A stretch of 64,000 nt of DNA from Mytilus californianus (Eukaryota). The notes under the pieces were generated by a model, which worked only from the letters and a program-made list of their open reading frames with translations, did not search any database and had not been told where the DNA came from. A program made the translations under genes and the position numbers. Location of the stretch: positions 25,978,001 to 26,042,000 of the forward strand of contig NW_026262690.1 in assembly GCF_021869535.1 (NCBI RefSeq). The letters are read 5' to 3'. Shown one piece after another: positions 52,701-64,000 of this stretch (its first letter is position 1; every line of letters begins with the position of its first letter).

Positions 52701-53838
52701 AAATCGGCTGTCCAATTCAATAAACATAAACAAATTGGTACAGTCCAAATTCATTTAATAAGAGTCCAAATATAAAATAACAGTGTTATACAAATCAGTA
52801 ATTTAAACCAAAAACAATTAACATATCTGATTGCATTGGAAAATCCTAACGAAGTTCATGTGCTCTCGTTGGCATATCCAAACGGAGTTCCATAATAAAA
52901 AAAATTATCTTTCTTTATATACCAAATAGCGTTGCTAAAAACAAAGTTTGTAATGGTCATTTTGTCCACAGAAATTAGATAACAGATTGATTCCGTTTAT
53001 CAAAGAGAAATTATTTACACGCTTGTGTATTGAACTAAACATAATTGATCAAATAGAAATATTGAATAACCGTAAGATTTAAGTTCAATCTTGACCATAA
53101 GTATTGACACATATAAATTTATAATCTAACATGTTTCAGGTGTAAACAAATATTTCGGACATTTAAATTCATTATGAAATTACTATTAAATAAATTAAAT
53201 ATGCCTGGTGCATACGAAATTTACCCGTTAATAAACTGTAATAGAAATCAACATAATTAGATAGTTTTGAATATAAAATTTAGTACAAAAATAATGTGTG
53301 ACAAATAATTCAACAGTAATATTGACAACACCCCTCCCTCCCCCCTCCAAAAAACCCCCAAAAAAAACCAATACAAAAAAAAACAAAACAAAACCCCAAA
53401 AAATATATATAGACACATATAGTCATAAACACCGAAAAGATTCTGGACAAAACTAACGAGTCATTTTTATTTTAACATTTCTTGTGAAACAAAAGCCTGC
53501 CCAGCTCTACATCTTCGACATTAATATATGTGAAAATTTTCGCAATCGCATTGTCCTATCGATCTTTGATTTTGACCATCAATCAGCTCAAAAATATAAA
53601 AAAAAAATTAAAAATTAAAAAAACAACTGATGACAGACAGCCTTCATGACGTACAAAGTGTACAATTAGTGACAACTAAACGCGACCATAAATGCGACTC
53701 GTTTCACAAAAAATCTTGACAAAATACTCGGGTAAGTAATGAACATTTCAGTATAACTTACGCGATTGTTGTCGTAAGCTGCGGTCGTAAGATTCTTTGT
53801 GAAAAGAGCTTCTGGACCTTAAATATCAAAGGAGGCAT
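46590..53838 (-). CDS. AOX: Mitochondrial alternative oxidase, copy A (10 coding exons, 951 nt, ~316 aa)
   Basis: Exons 53762-53838, 52107-52214, 51296-51376, 50188-50251, 49492-49583, 48542-48660, 48109-48201, 47562-47674, 47046-47123, 46590-46715 give one open frame. All di-iron ligand motifs are present ([33 protein letters not shown]), plus LPHPIW and the animal-type C-terminus NPYKPGQ. Exon 1 and the exon 2 acceptor are less certain. Confidence 0.96.
47046..47123 (-). CDS. AOX: AOX-A exon ([26 protein letters not shown])
   Basis: APxIAxxYW motif; 78 nt, phase 0-0. Confidence 0.96.
47562..47674 (-). CDS. AOX: AOX-A exon ([38 protein letters not shown])
   Basis: [11 protein letters not shown] hallmark. 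Confidence 0.97.
48109..48201 (-). CDS. AOX: AOX-A exon ([31 protein letters not shown])
   Basis: ExxH iron motif; canonical splice sites. Confidence 0.97.
48542..48660 (-). CDS. AOX: AOX-A exon ([39 protein letters not shown])
   Basis: First iron-ligand motif LETVA; canonical splice sites. Confidence 0.97.
48709..48801. repeat. 31-bp tandem triplication in an AOX-A intron
   Basis: caacgatctacacattatgctctaacttcat x3, about 50 nt upstream of the acceptor at 48660. Confidence 0.95.
49289..49320 (-). repeat. 32-nt G-run (one interruption) on the AOX-A sense strand
   Basis: C8-G-C23 on the plus strand, in the intron between exons at 49492 and 48660. Confidence 0.95.
49492..49583 (-). CDS. AOX: AOX-A exon ([31 protein letters not shown])
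   Basis: Acceptor tttttgtag, donor GTAAGT, phase 0-2. Confidence 0.93.
50188..50251 (-). CDS. AOX: AOX-A exon ([21 protein letters not shown]) with GC donor
   Basis: Acceptor caacacag, donor AAG|GCAAGT; THxxP..xDK motif. Confidence 0.92.
51296..51376 (-). CDS. AOX: AOX-A exon ([27 protein letters not shown])
   Basis: Acceptor tttctcttgtag, donor TG|GTAGGT; LPHPIW motif. Confidence 0.93.
52107..52214 (-). CDS. AOX: AOX-A exon ([36 protein letters not shown])
   Basis: Donor AA|GTAAGT; acceptor either ctcag (52214) or ctaag (52222). Confidence 0.8.
53762..53838 (-). CDS. AOX: AOX-A probable first coding exon, mitochondrial-presequence-like ([25 protein letters not shown])
   Basis: Basic, hydroxylated, no acidic residues; donor GC|GTAAGT, phase 2; an upstream acceptor (atacag) suggests a non-coding 5' exon. 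Confidence 0.6.
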
Positions 53839-56800
53839 GAAAACAACTACAGTTTTCTGTATAGATACATAAAAAAGTTTCCCCTCCCTTATATAAGTAC
53901 AAATGAAATATATGGACGGCAGTTTTATCGGCAGCGGTACAAACTGCAAGTGGTAGTAGATATATGTATATTGTATATGCATGAAATATTCGACACTGGA
54001 CGTTAAGCAAGCAAAAAAAAAAAACAAACAAACAAACAATCAATCAATCAACTTGATACGGTTATATTAGGCGATAAAAAAGGTATTCCGGGTAATCTTA
54101 TTTTTTGTGGAATGATTCTAATGTTATATTAAAACTGAAAAAGAAGACTTGTACAATATTATATTTTTATCACTTACTTGAACTAGAGACACATTATCAA
54201 CATTTCCGATCAAGGGTTTTACCAATCCAATTTGTTTAATCAAACCTTGACTTTGCAAACCGCACCGACATAAGCTTCTCACGACTGACATTATTTATTG
54301 TTTATGTAGTATTGTGTGCCTATAATATTTTTCGCGCTAATATATTGTATAATTTCAACCTCAATGACCCGCTGATGCAAGCTTCTACGAGATTTACAAT
54401 CACGGATTTCCTTGTATCGATTTGCTCAGTGTTCTATATTTAGTAACACTGACATAGGGATAGCCGGTGTATATACGTCATCATGTCAAAAATAAAGAAT
54501 AAAGTCACAAAATGAAACAAAAATTTCCTTACAACTATTCAATGGAATTATTCGTATGCTCGATTGATTTACTAAATTATGACGAAATAATGGAATACTA
54601 ACTATAGAAATCTGATGCAGGTAACCTATGGATTTCGTCACACATCGAGAAGTTTCGTTTACATACCGAGGTTAACGAACTGTTGATCTCACGTTTACAC
54701 GTAAAAATTATTAACTGAAAGATTTAAAGTGATAGTAAAACATTTCTTTATTTATTTTTGTCAGATGCAGTATCACTTTCAGAATATTTTTTTTATTTTT
54801 AGGCATTTGGAATGAAATCTTAATTGGGTCTATTTTCCTGTCATCAAATTGATAGCCTGTCACGGCGGCTTTTGTATGGCAATTTACACTAATATGTCGT
54901 TAAATGAGATTGGATGCCCTGCATTTATCATGCTTTTCAATACCATATGGTCAAATGGCTGAAAGACCATCCACCTAAATTATTGAAAACTATCATTCTG
55001 CATTGACACTAATATATTGGTGTAAATTAGATACACTGACCCATTCGCGCTAATATAACCGGAAGAAAAGTGACACTAGGAACTTTTACTATAATTTGCA
55101 AAGTGCTTTATATGAACTCTCGTTTTAAATTGAATATTTATATAAACTCTCGTTTTAAATTGAATGTTTCTCGTTTTAGTTTTAAGTTGAATATTTCTTG
55201 TTCTAAATGTTTATTTATTCTTAAATATAATGTTTCTTTATTTCAAATACCCAAAGAGATTATAGATTTTACAACTTAATCCGATGGCTGTCTAAAGGGC
55301 GAAAGATAATACATGTATCTTACACTCAACTACAAAAGAAGCAATTATCGCTATTTTACTGAGTTAAGCCGGAGGACAATAATCCGATTATTATTGCATA
55401 AGATTAGACAATTATATTTATATTTTATGAGAACCTTTTATAATGTTTTAATACCCTTAACTTTGAATTAATGTATGTTTTGTAAACTGTTGCTTGGGCA
55501 GTCTTCCCCTAGCTTTCAAACTGTACACTTGTGAATAAATTTGTATTTACTGTAGACGGTCTTTCGTTTAAAGCAGCCACAGTGTCGATTATTGACCAAC
55601 AGACTTTAATGTAACCCGTACCGAAATTCACGGGGTTGTAATAACGTCCTGAATGTGTATTTAATACATGCATCGCTGTTCTATCTTGTCTTTCTCTCGT
55701 TCAATTGCCAAACATGATAGAAGTGTTATTACTTATAAACAAAAAATTTAGGTTTTGGTAATTAAACCAGAAAAAGTTTACATTGTGTTAATTTACAAAA
55801 TCTATACTTGAATTGCGACCCTCTTTTTTAGTTTGTAACCCGGATTTGTTTTCTCTCAATCGATTTATGACTTTTGAACAGCGGTATACTACTGTTGCCT
55901 TTATTTACATGGTAAACTCGATTACAGCTAACCGCTTAAATTCTAGAGTAATTCAAGATACGATAACGTACTACATGTACACAATTCTACGCCTGCTCCT
56001 CTCCTGGTATTGGGGTCTAGAGAATTTTAACAACTTAAGCTTGTAGTAGGTAAACCTAAGACATTTCTCAAGTTCGAGAACTATATGAATATATTGGCTT
56101 GTTTAATTGGTTGCAGAATATTCAATGTCGCGGTATATTTACTAACATGATGAGTCCAAATGGACCAGTCTTTGGTCAATTTATATGGCTTTGTAGAGTA
56201 GCAACATAGAATAATTTTAAAGGTTTTGGTTTTGTCCGACCGATTTTTTTTTGTCTCAAGACGTACCCGATGATGTTTGTTCTATTGAGTGGAGCAGAAT
56301 CCAGTGGCAAACTCTGCCTTATTTCCAGTAGCATCCGAATTCTTCACCGGGTTTTCAATGTAATGTTTTGTGAACTTCGTTACAAGTATACATATTTTGT
56401 CTATTTTATTACGGCTATGACATTGTTGTTCCTTTAACATCTCAACATTTTTCTATCATGAACTCCAAAGAAATACACATAATTGTAGAGAAAAAAAACC
56501 AACATGATTGGACAAGTGACTCAAAGATATCTTTATGTATTATATTAACTCACATTAGAGGAAAACAGTTCTTTTAGTGATATTTCTTTACGATTTCTAC
56601 AAAAGGTTCGTGTCAATTTTAGCGAATCTACTATGGCGAACAACAATGAATGTTCGCCCCTTGAATTTCATTTACGTGTTCTACAAAGGGTTCGTTGAAA
56701 AGGCTAAACATTTATTGTCTTGGCAGCTTCAGCGTTTTAAATAGCAGATTTATTTAAAATCACCACTTTTTTTTATATGCAAAGGTAAAGGTTTGATAAG

Positions 56801-59720
56801 GCCACTTTTTTGGTCCCTTGAATTCAAAAATCAAAAGTATTATAAATCGACCAAATAACACCTTCAGATGTTCTTAAGACATTAGTCTATCCGAAATCCG
56901 TGTTTTTATATTTGAATTTTGTCTTCTTGCATTTAGTGCAAAACAGCAAAAAAAAAAATGTCAAAATAGCCTCAGTTTGAGCTTGTCAGTATGCTAAAAT
57001 TCATAATGCCATAAACCTACATTAATTCATCTACACAATGTTGTAAAACACGCCCACCTCTCTGTCTGAATTAATCCGATGCAGGCCTTCCAAGTTGGAC
57101 AACCCTTAGCTATGTCCACATCTCACATTGAACTGGGACTTTCAAACTCATAAGTCGAAAATAAACTGACAACGCCATGGCAAAAAAAGAAAAATACTAA
57201 AAGACAACCAACAGTATACAAATCACAACACAGAAAACTAAAGACTGAGCACCACGAACCCCGCTAAAAACTGGAGGTGATCTAATGTGCTTCGGAAAGG
57301 TAAGCAGATCCTGCTCCACATGTGACACCCGTCGTGTTGATCCTGTTAGTACAAATCCGGTGATAAGTATTCTTCGGTAGGTCAAATTCGTGGAAAAGGA
57401 AAACGGGATTGTGGTTAAGACGATTTGAATATATCCGTCGCCATCTGTGAAACAGATATTCCATAACGATTAACCAACTCGTGATGGCGTCCAAATTTTT
57501 TTCGAAGGGACGATTTCAACTTCACCACTTGGAACCACCACAGCAAAGACAGGCGTGTTTTACACCATCGTGATGATAAATTAATGTTGATAAATTAATG
57601 TAGATTTATGGCATTATTAATTTTATTGCGATAGACGACCACGGAATTGAAAAATAACGATAACGAGTGTCTTTTCACGAAATTGAAAGTTGAGAACCTG
57701 GTTTTATTTGAAGGTCAGAGACATGTGCATGTGAATCAATCTCTATATTTGTGATAAAATTTTGTAATACTGGGGGTTAAAGATATCTTTTAACTAAAAT
57801 GATTTTGGTTATAGTAAAACATATTAAAAATGGGCTGAAAATACCGAAGGGACAATAAAAAAAAATAAAAAAATAATAAGTCAGAGAAAAAGCGACAATA
57901 TCATGGCAAAAAATAGAAAACGATGAAAAGACGAGCAAAAGTCTACAAAACCCTTTAAGGAAAAGTCTGAACAATACGACCCCCCCCCCTAAAAAAAAAA
58001 ACCAACAACAAAAAAACATGGGAAACACACCAACATTTGCCTTAATCTGTAAGAGAAAATGGTCTTGAGCTGTTTTCACCTCTTTACGATTTGTTAATAA
58101 TAGTCTACAATATTGTTAGCACCTCAAAGTACACAAATGGAGTTTTGATACTATGAATTTTAGTTTAGATTGATAGACTTTTATCAAAATTTAAGACTCA
58201 AATGGGCGAGATTTTTCTTAAACAATAGAGGACTTTATTGATCATTTAAAAAAAAAATTAAAAAAATATAGAAATGAGAAGAAAAAAATCTGTAAACAAT
58301 TCCATATTGGAAGGTGCACAACTTCAATAGGATTACAAACTGTCAGTGAATTTCGAAAGCTCTGGGTAAAACACGGATTTGTCTATTGTCTATGGAACGT
58401 TTCGCTGAAGAAATGACTTAAGTTCCGTAGTCAGGAAAAACTGGGGGAAATTTTCAAACAATTCCCTTATAGTAGGTCCACAATTGCAAAATATGTGCAA
58501 TCATTCGCGGTAAAGTTTCAGGGATCTGGGTTACGAACTGTAGTAGAAGTTGATTACACGAAATAGGTACTGTCTTTAGTATCTTTGATGAAAAAGACCA
58601 AGTTCCAAAGTTTAGAAAAAGTTTTAAAAATCCCCGCTTCATAATAGCAAGCGTACAGCTTCAACATGTGTGCAATCTTTGAAGTTTCAGGGATTTTGGT
58701 TGAAACTATAGATCATTATGCAAATTAGGTTTCCACTTTATCTACAAAATGGCCCCGTTCTGATTTAAGATCTGAGTAAGTTACCTTACCACTTTTTCAA
58801 AGCGTATTAAGTCGTACTGGACATCGAATTTCTTTTTTATAAAGGCTGTAATATAAGAATATAATGCGATATGATTGCCACTAACTCAAAGACAAATATG
58901 GACCATGGGACGAGGAGGTAAACTATAAAACAATCCATACCATTTAGCAAGCTACAAAAGTCTAAATTGTAGTACATTCAGCTTCAACACAAATAATTGA
59001 CCACCCAGTCCACAATTGCCGTAGCCGGACATACATATATCGTAATATTGTTAACTCCAATCGCCTACACACGACAAATCTGATCAGTTTGTGGTACATT
59101 TAAGACTGGGCATTTTTTCTATAATAATGTACAAATTATATTTTTATACAAGTCTTATTGAAAGCATCTTTCTCATTTTTTTTTATTGTTTACAACTTCA
59201 TAAAAACAAATAACCCATAACAAAAAAAAAAACATGTTTCAAACAATATTGAAATGATAGGGTTTAAAAATTCAGTGCTTTCCCGTACTGTGGCTTTTAT
59301 CGAAACGATTGTTTACATATAAAATCAAATTCAACAGATACAACCATTGTTTTTACAGGACATACATGAAAAACGTTAACATAACGTTGATTATAAAACA
59401 TTTATTACAATGATTTAATTTATAAAACGTCTATATAGATACAGTACATTGGAGTACTAGACAGTTGTTAACATTTGATTCCATAGATTACGGAGGAAAA
59501 AAGTCCGAGTATTTTTACAAAAAAGCCATAAAGACATTAGAAAAACGATTGAAATCCATTTGTATAAAAATCTGTCTGTTTTTTAAAGCGGTCCATGACT
59601 AACCATTCTGGCTGGCAATTCTTTTTTCAAACCATTTTATTTCCTTAAAATGACAGATGGCGAGAACTAACATGTCTGGATATCTTATTGGTCAACTTAA
59701 CACGATAATAGTATTAGCTA

Positions 59721-60761
59721 TCATTTTCCTGGTTTATATGGATTGTAGTCATCTTCTTTCAATGAAGCTAGTGTGTGATTGACCACCCGGTGGTGAGCCT
59801 CATCTGCACGAATGGCAAGGATCACATCTAACATCTTGGCATTATCCTAAAATAGATGCAAATAATAATAAAAACAAATCCTACCGATCATGACGTTTCA
59901 TAAACTTTTCGTTGTGTTGATTGATTGATAGTTGAATGTTTAATTCTTAGCAGAAAATATTGATCAAGGAAATGAAAAAGGGTAACAGTAAATCAGTTAA
60001 TAATAGTGTCCATGGAGTAGGAGCAGATACTTTTAAATGATATTCGAAGAGTAAACACATGTTATAAACGGCATCCTCTGATTTGTTGCTTTCCGTGGCG
60101 AGGAGTGCTACATTCTCACCACAAGTTAAAAGTATTGAATTTGACAGATGACACAAAATGGGATTGCACATTTCTACAATCTGACTGGGGAAATGCTACC
60201 GCTAATGTCGACTATATATGTATTGTGTTTATGGATTTAATTAAGAATAATACCAAGTTACATGCTGTTACAGGTAGACATGACTATGCGTAAAAGTTCT
60301 TACCGGTAATTTCCAGTAAGTAATAGCAGATTCTGGAGCCGATTGTGTCTTCCAGTGTTGCATGGAACCATGATGTATATCCTGCAAGAAGACCATGTAA
60401 AAATGTTTTACAACATACACACACACATTATTTTTTTGCGCATCGTTACATTTCTATAAATAAAGTTGTTCCTTATTATTTAGTTGTATTTTTTTCGTTA
60501 GATTTTTAATATCATTTGATTCTCATAAAATTTTACAATAAAAAGAAGGGAAAACTGATGAAACCAAACATATCTGAGGCAACTATATATGAGGTTAGAG
60601 AAGACCAAAGATTTTCATTTACGATGAAAAAGTACATGTAAATTTTACCTGCACACATTTAGTGTATGTAATTACTGCTTCTTCTTCCAAGTATCCAACA
60701 AATCTGTGGCAAAATCTAGGACTTATTAAATAAGCCAAACTAAACATGGTAACAAAAGCAC
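59721..60761 (-). CDS. AOX: Alternative oxidase copy B, last three exons; the 5' exons are not in the window
   Basis: Exons 60649-60761 ([38 protein letters not shown]), 60304-60381 ([26 protein letters not shown]) and 59721-59846 ([19 protein letters not shown]...NPYKPGK*). Exon lengths (113/78/126) and phases equal copy A, with open frames and intact splice sites. I found no EEAENERMH exon in 60762-64000. Confidence 0.93.
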
Positions 60762-62231
60762 CTGTAAGTCAAATATAATTGTTTTAATGCTTATAAAGTC
60801 TTGCATTCAGTTTTTTAAGATTTGGTACATAAAAAGTAAAAACATGATTGATTTTTTGTAAGCCGTTTATGAAGCTTAATTTTATAAATAAAATTCAACA
60901 AACTGCAAACGTAATACATGTAGGCAATACAGTTTTATGTACAGCTTTAAAACTTTGACAAACTAGATGTATATACATCATGTAACTCACGTAACTTGTC
61001 TAATATCGTAACGATATTTCTTCAAATGTTTTTTTTTTAATTCATCCATTTAAACTTACTAACGTTTGCTTTCATCAAAGATTGACTCAGTCTGCTAGTT
61101 TGTATGTAGATTACGACAGTGGCATGTATCTAGGAACATGGTACAGAGTCATTTTGAGCATGAACTAGTAAATCATCCTTAGAGGTTTAACATTGAAAAT
61201 AGTCAAAATTTGATTTATCGACCTGTCAGATTATGAAGATAGAAAAAAATCATTTTTAAATAGAAATAATTGTCCTTAACTATTTTTGAAAATTTGCGTT
61301 CGTCGTCCGTTAATTTTACAAAAATGTTCTCTGAAACTACCGGGCCAATTTTAAACAAACTTTGCCAAAATCATTATTGGGGTAATTGGGTTTAAATATA
61401 GTGTCCAAGACAGAGACAGAATTGTTCAGAATGTTGAAGTCTGTCTACTTTCCCTTTAAATCATAACAGTGAGACGACTTCTTATAGGAGTTATTGCCCT
61501 TTAAATACTGTTTCCAAAAGGTTTTGAATATTATCTTGAAAACTATAACCGATAGAAAGTAACTTTAAATATCACAAGCATTCTGAGAGTATTGCATGGC
61601 AATACATAGTCCCCTACCGGGTAAAAAATCATTATACTGGAACAAAATGCTAACTTGTTCTATAACTTGTCATGGTGTAAACAAAAAGAAAACATCAAGT
61701 CAATATCTTCAAGCATGACTAAAAACAGTGTGGAAAACTGAATATGAGTGAATTTTTTCAAGTCCAAGGACCATAACTCTACACAAAATTATCAGACCGA
61801 AACAAAAATTTAAACTTGATCTGTAACTTGTCATGATAAAACTGTATACCAATTGTCAATCAATATCTTCAAGCATGATGAAAAAAAGTGAGGAAAACCT
61901 ATAACACTCTAACATTAGATATGATTAATAGTTCTCTAAAATTAGATATGACGTAATACAATGTATATCTAATTTCAAATTACAATCAAATATAATTAAT
62001 AGTTCCAAATATTTTTTCTTTCATTTGTCACAAACTAATAAAGATTTGTAACTTATCTATAAAATGTCAACAACTTGTATCTACACAATGTAATGTAATG
62101 AAATATATACCATAATAAAAATAGATTATTATCTAATTAAAGGATTTCACTTAATAATATATATATATATATTTTGCATGCACACGTATAAAAATTGCGG
62201 TTTTTATCCAACGCAATCATAGGTTTGAACG

Positions 62232-62450
62232 TCTAGAGATTTGCACAACGATACTAATATAAGATGGTATTATACGAAGATGTTGTTAATAAATCGTATT
62301 GAGCTATTTTTATACATATAATCAGTATTGTTAAAATAATTGACACTGAAGAAGGCTATTTGTTAAGCCGAAATATTTGTCAATACGATTTATTAACAAT
62401 ATCTTCGTATAATACCATCTTATATTAGTATCGTTGTGCAAATCTCTAGA
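62232..62450. mobile_element. Foldback MITE, 219 bp, with 71-bp terminal inverted repeats
   Basis: 62232-62302 is the reverse complement of 62380-62450 with one mismatch; both ends read tctaga. Confidence 0.9.
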
Positions 62451-62570
62451 CTTATATAATTTTTTTCCTTATCTGCACAGTATCGTCTATTCTAGACGAT
62501 CCGGTACATAGTAAATTTGCTGGTTGGTCCTTTTTATAGACTTCTATATATATATATATATATATATATA

Positions 62571-63488
62571 CAAGTCTAAATTGAAAACAACGTTCAAACC
62601 TATGATTGCGTTGGATAAAAACCGCAATTTTTATACGTGTGCATGCAAAACAAATTTCTTGTTAGAGGGGTCTAAATACAGCACAAACAACATTTTCCAA
62701 AAGACCAAAAAAGTGAAAAAGTATATTTTAACAAATCGCATTTGAGTAACAGGTCGAACAACAAATGTTCTTAAACCCTGCTGACTGCCATTGGCGATTG
62801 CCAAATAAACGGATCACCGATGTAATAAATGGATCTTAATTATAAATTTAATACTAAACAGAAAACAATAAACTTGCGGAAAAGATGGTATACCGCAAAC
62901 AAAAGGTGCAAAGGTTTTTGTACACCATATCCGGATTTCGACAATTAATGTCTCTTTAGTGATGTTAGGAATCGAAACGGTATTTGGAAAGCCATACAAT
63001 TTACCTCAATTTCGGGTAGACTCTTGAATTTTGAGGAGTCAAAATAGGATGAACGGATCATATAAACCCGAAGGCAAATATAATACAAGCCCAAACGAAA
63101 AAGTATAAGCAAGTCTAAATTGAAAACAACGTTCAAACCTATGATTGCGTTGGATAAAAACCGCAATTTTTATACGTGTGCATGCAAAACAAATTTCTTG
63201 TAAGAGGGATCTAAATACAGCACAAACAACATTTTCCAAAAGACCAAAAAAGTGAAAAAGTATATTTTAACAAATCGCATTTGAGTAACAGGTCGAACAA
63301 CAAATGTTCTTAAACCCTGCTGACTGCCATTGGCGATTGCCAAATAAACGGATCACCGATGTAATAAATGGATCTTAATTATAAATTTAATACTAAACAG
63401 AAAACAATAAACTTGCGGAAAAGATGGTATACCGCAAACAAAAGGTGCAAAGGTTTTTGTACACCATATCCGGATTTCGACAATTAAT
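62571..63488. repeat. 379-bp near-identical direct repeat pair, 539-bp offset
   Basis: 62571-62949 and 63110-63488; a partial inverted copy lies at 62171-62231. Confidence 0.95.
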
Positions 63489-64000
63489 ATATATACATGT
63501 AGCATTCAGAAAATTAGTTTATACAAAATAACATATAAATGAGTTATCTCCCTCTGTACAGATATTATGGGTTAACATAGTACTCTAACATAAGTTATTA
63601 AGTTTTTTTATGGACCATAACTCTGGACTAAATCATCAGACCGGAATAAAATTCGAACTTGATCTGTAACTTGTCATGATAAAACTATATACCAAATATC
63701 AAATCAATATCTTCATGAACGAAGAAAAAACGTGTGGAAAACTGAGTTGCCGGACTGACGGATGGACAGACGGACAGAGTGCAAACCTAAAGTCCCCTTC
63801 GACTTTGTCGGTAGGGGACTAAAAAATGTCCAGAAAGACAAGATCTACTAATAAGTCAGAATGGCCAAAATCGTCCGTTGACTTTAAAAAAAAGGTATTG
63901 ACCTTAAATAACGTTATTGCTTATCATTTTATAACAGCGTTTTTGCCTATCATCTCACAAGGCAAGATCTCCAATGAGCCAATATTGGACGACTTTTTAT

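Larger units (their letters stand above)
61572..63825 (+). mobile_element. Helentron-associated (HINE/DINE-like) element with nested insertions, inside the AOX-B intron
   Basis: Sub-terminal repeat agtcccctaccg (61608-61619) is complementary to cggtaggggact (63809-63820). There is a 3' hairpin at 63791-63820, a GACG/GACA microsatellite before it, and core subrepeats at 61773-61900 and 63618-63745. Confidence 0.7.

Noticed and set aside
46590-60761. AOX horizontally acquired or contaminating, or an uncollapsed haplotype
   Set aside because: The spliceosomal introns are filled with host repeats, the C-terminus is the animal-type NPYxPG[QK], and the paralog introns are non-homologous.
20650-60761. 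Functional cluster linking the lipid receptor and AOX
   Set aside because: Adjacency in an animal genome is not evidence of co-function; there are no shared regulatory signals that I can support.

Overview
AT-rich, repeat-dense, intron-containing animal genomic DNA. The repeat families and gene content point to a bivalve, most likely a Mytilus-type mussel (inference). Nearly all ORFs in the supplied track are spurious repeat or intron ORFs. The real genes are spliced and lie on the minus strand. (1) A CD36/SR-B scavenger-receptor-family gene at 20650-32535, with 8 well-supported exons, one unresolved segment and a ~210-aa insertion at the predicted ligand-binding apex. (2) A complete 10-coding-exon alternative oxidase (AOX-A, 46590-53838, ~316 aa). 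(3) The last three exons of a second, diverged AOX paralog (AOX-B, 59721-60761), whose 5' part would lie beyond the window. The rest is decayed mobile DNA: Penelope-like element fragments, CR1-like LINE remnants, a Bel/Pao gag-protease relic, tRNA-derived SINEs, Helentron-associated (HINE-like) elements, MITEs, minisatellites and several hammerhead-ribozyme retrozyme-like repeats. All gene models were translated by hand; no database search was run.
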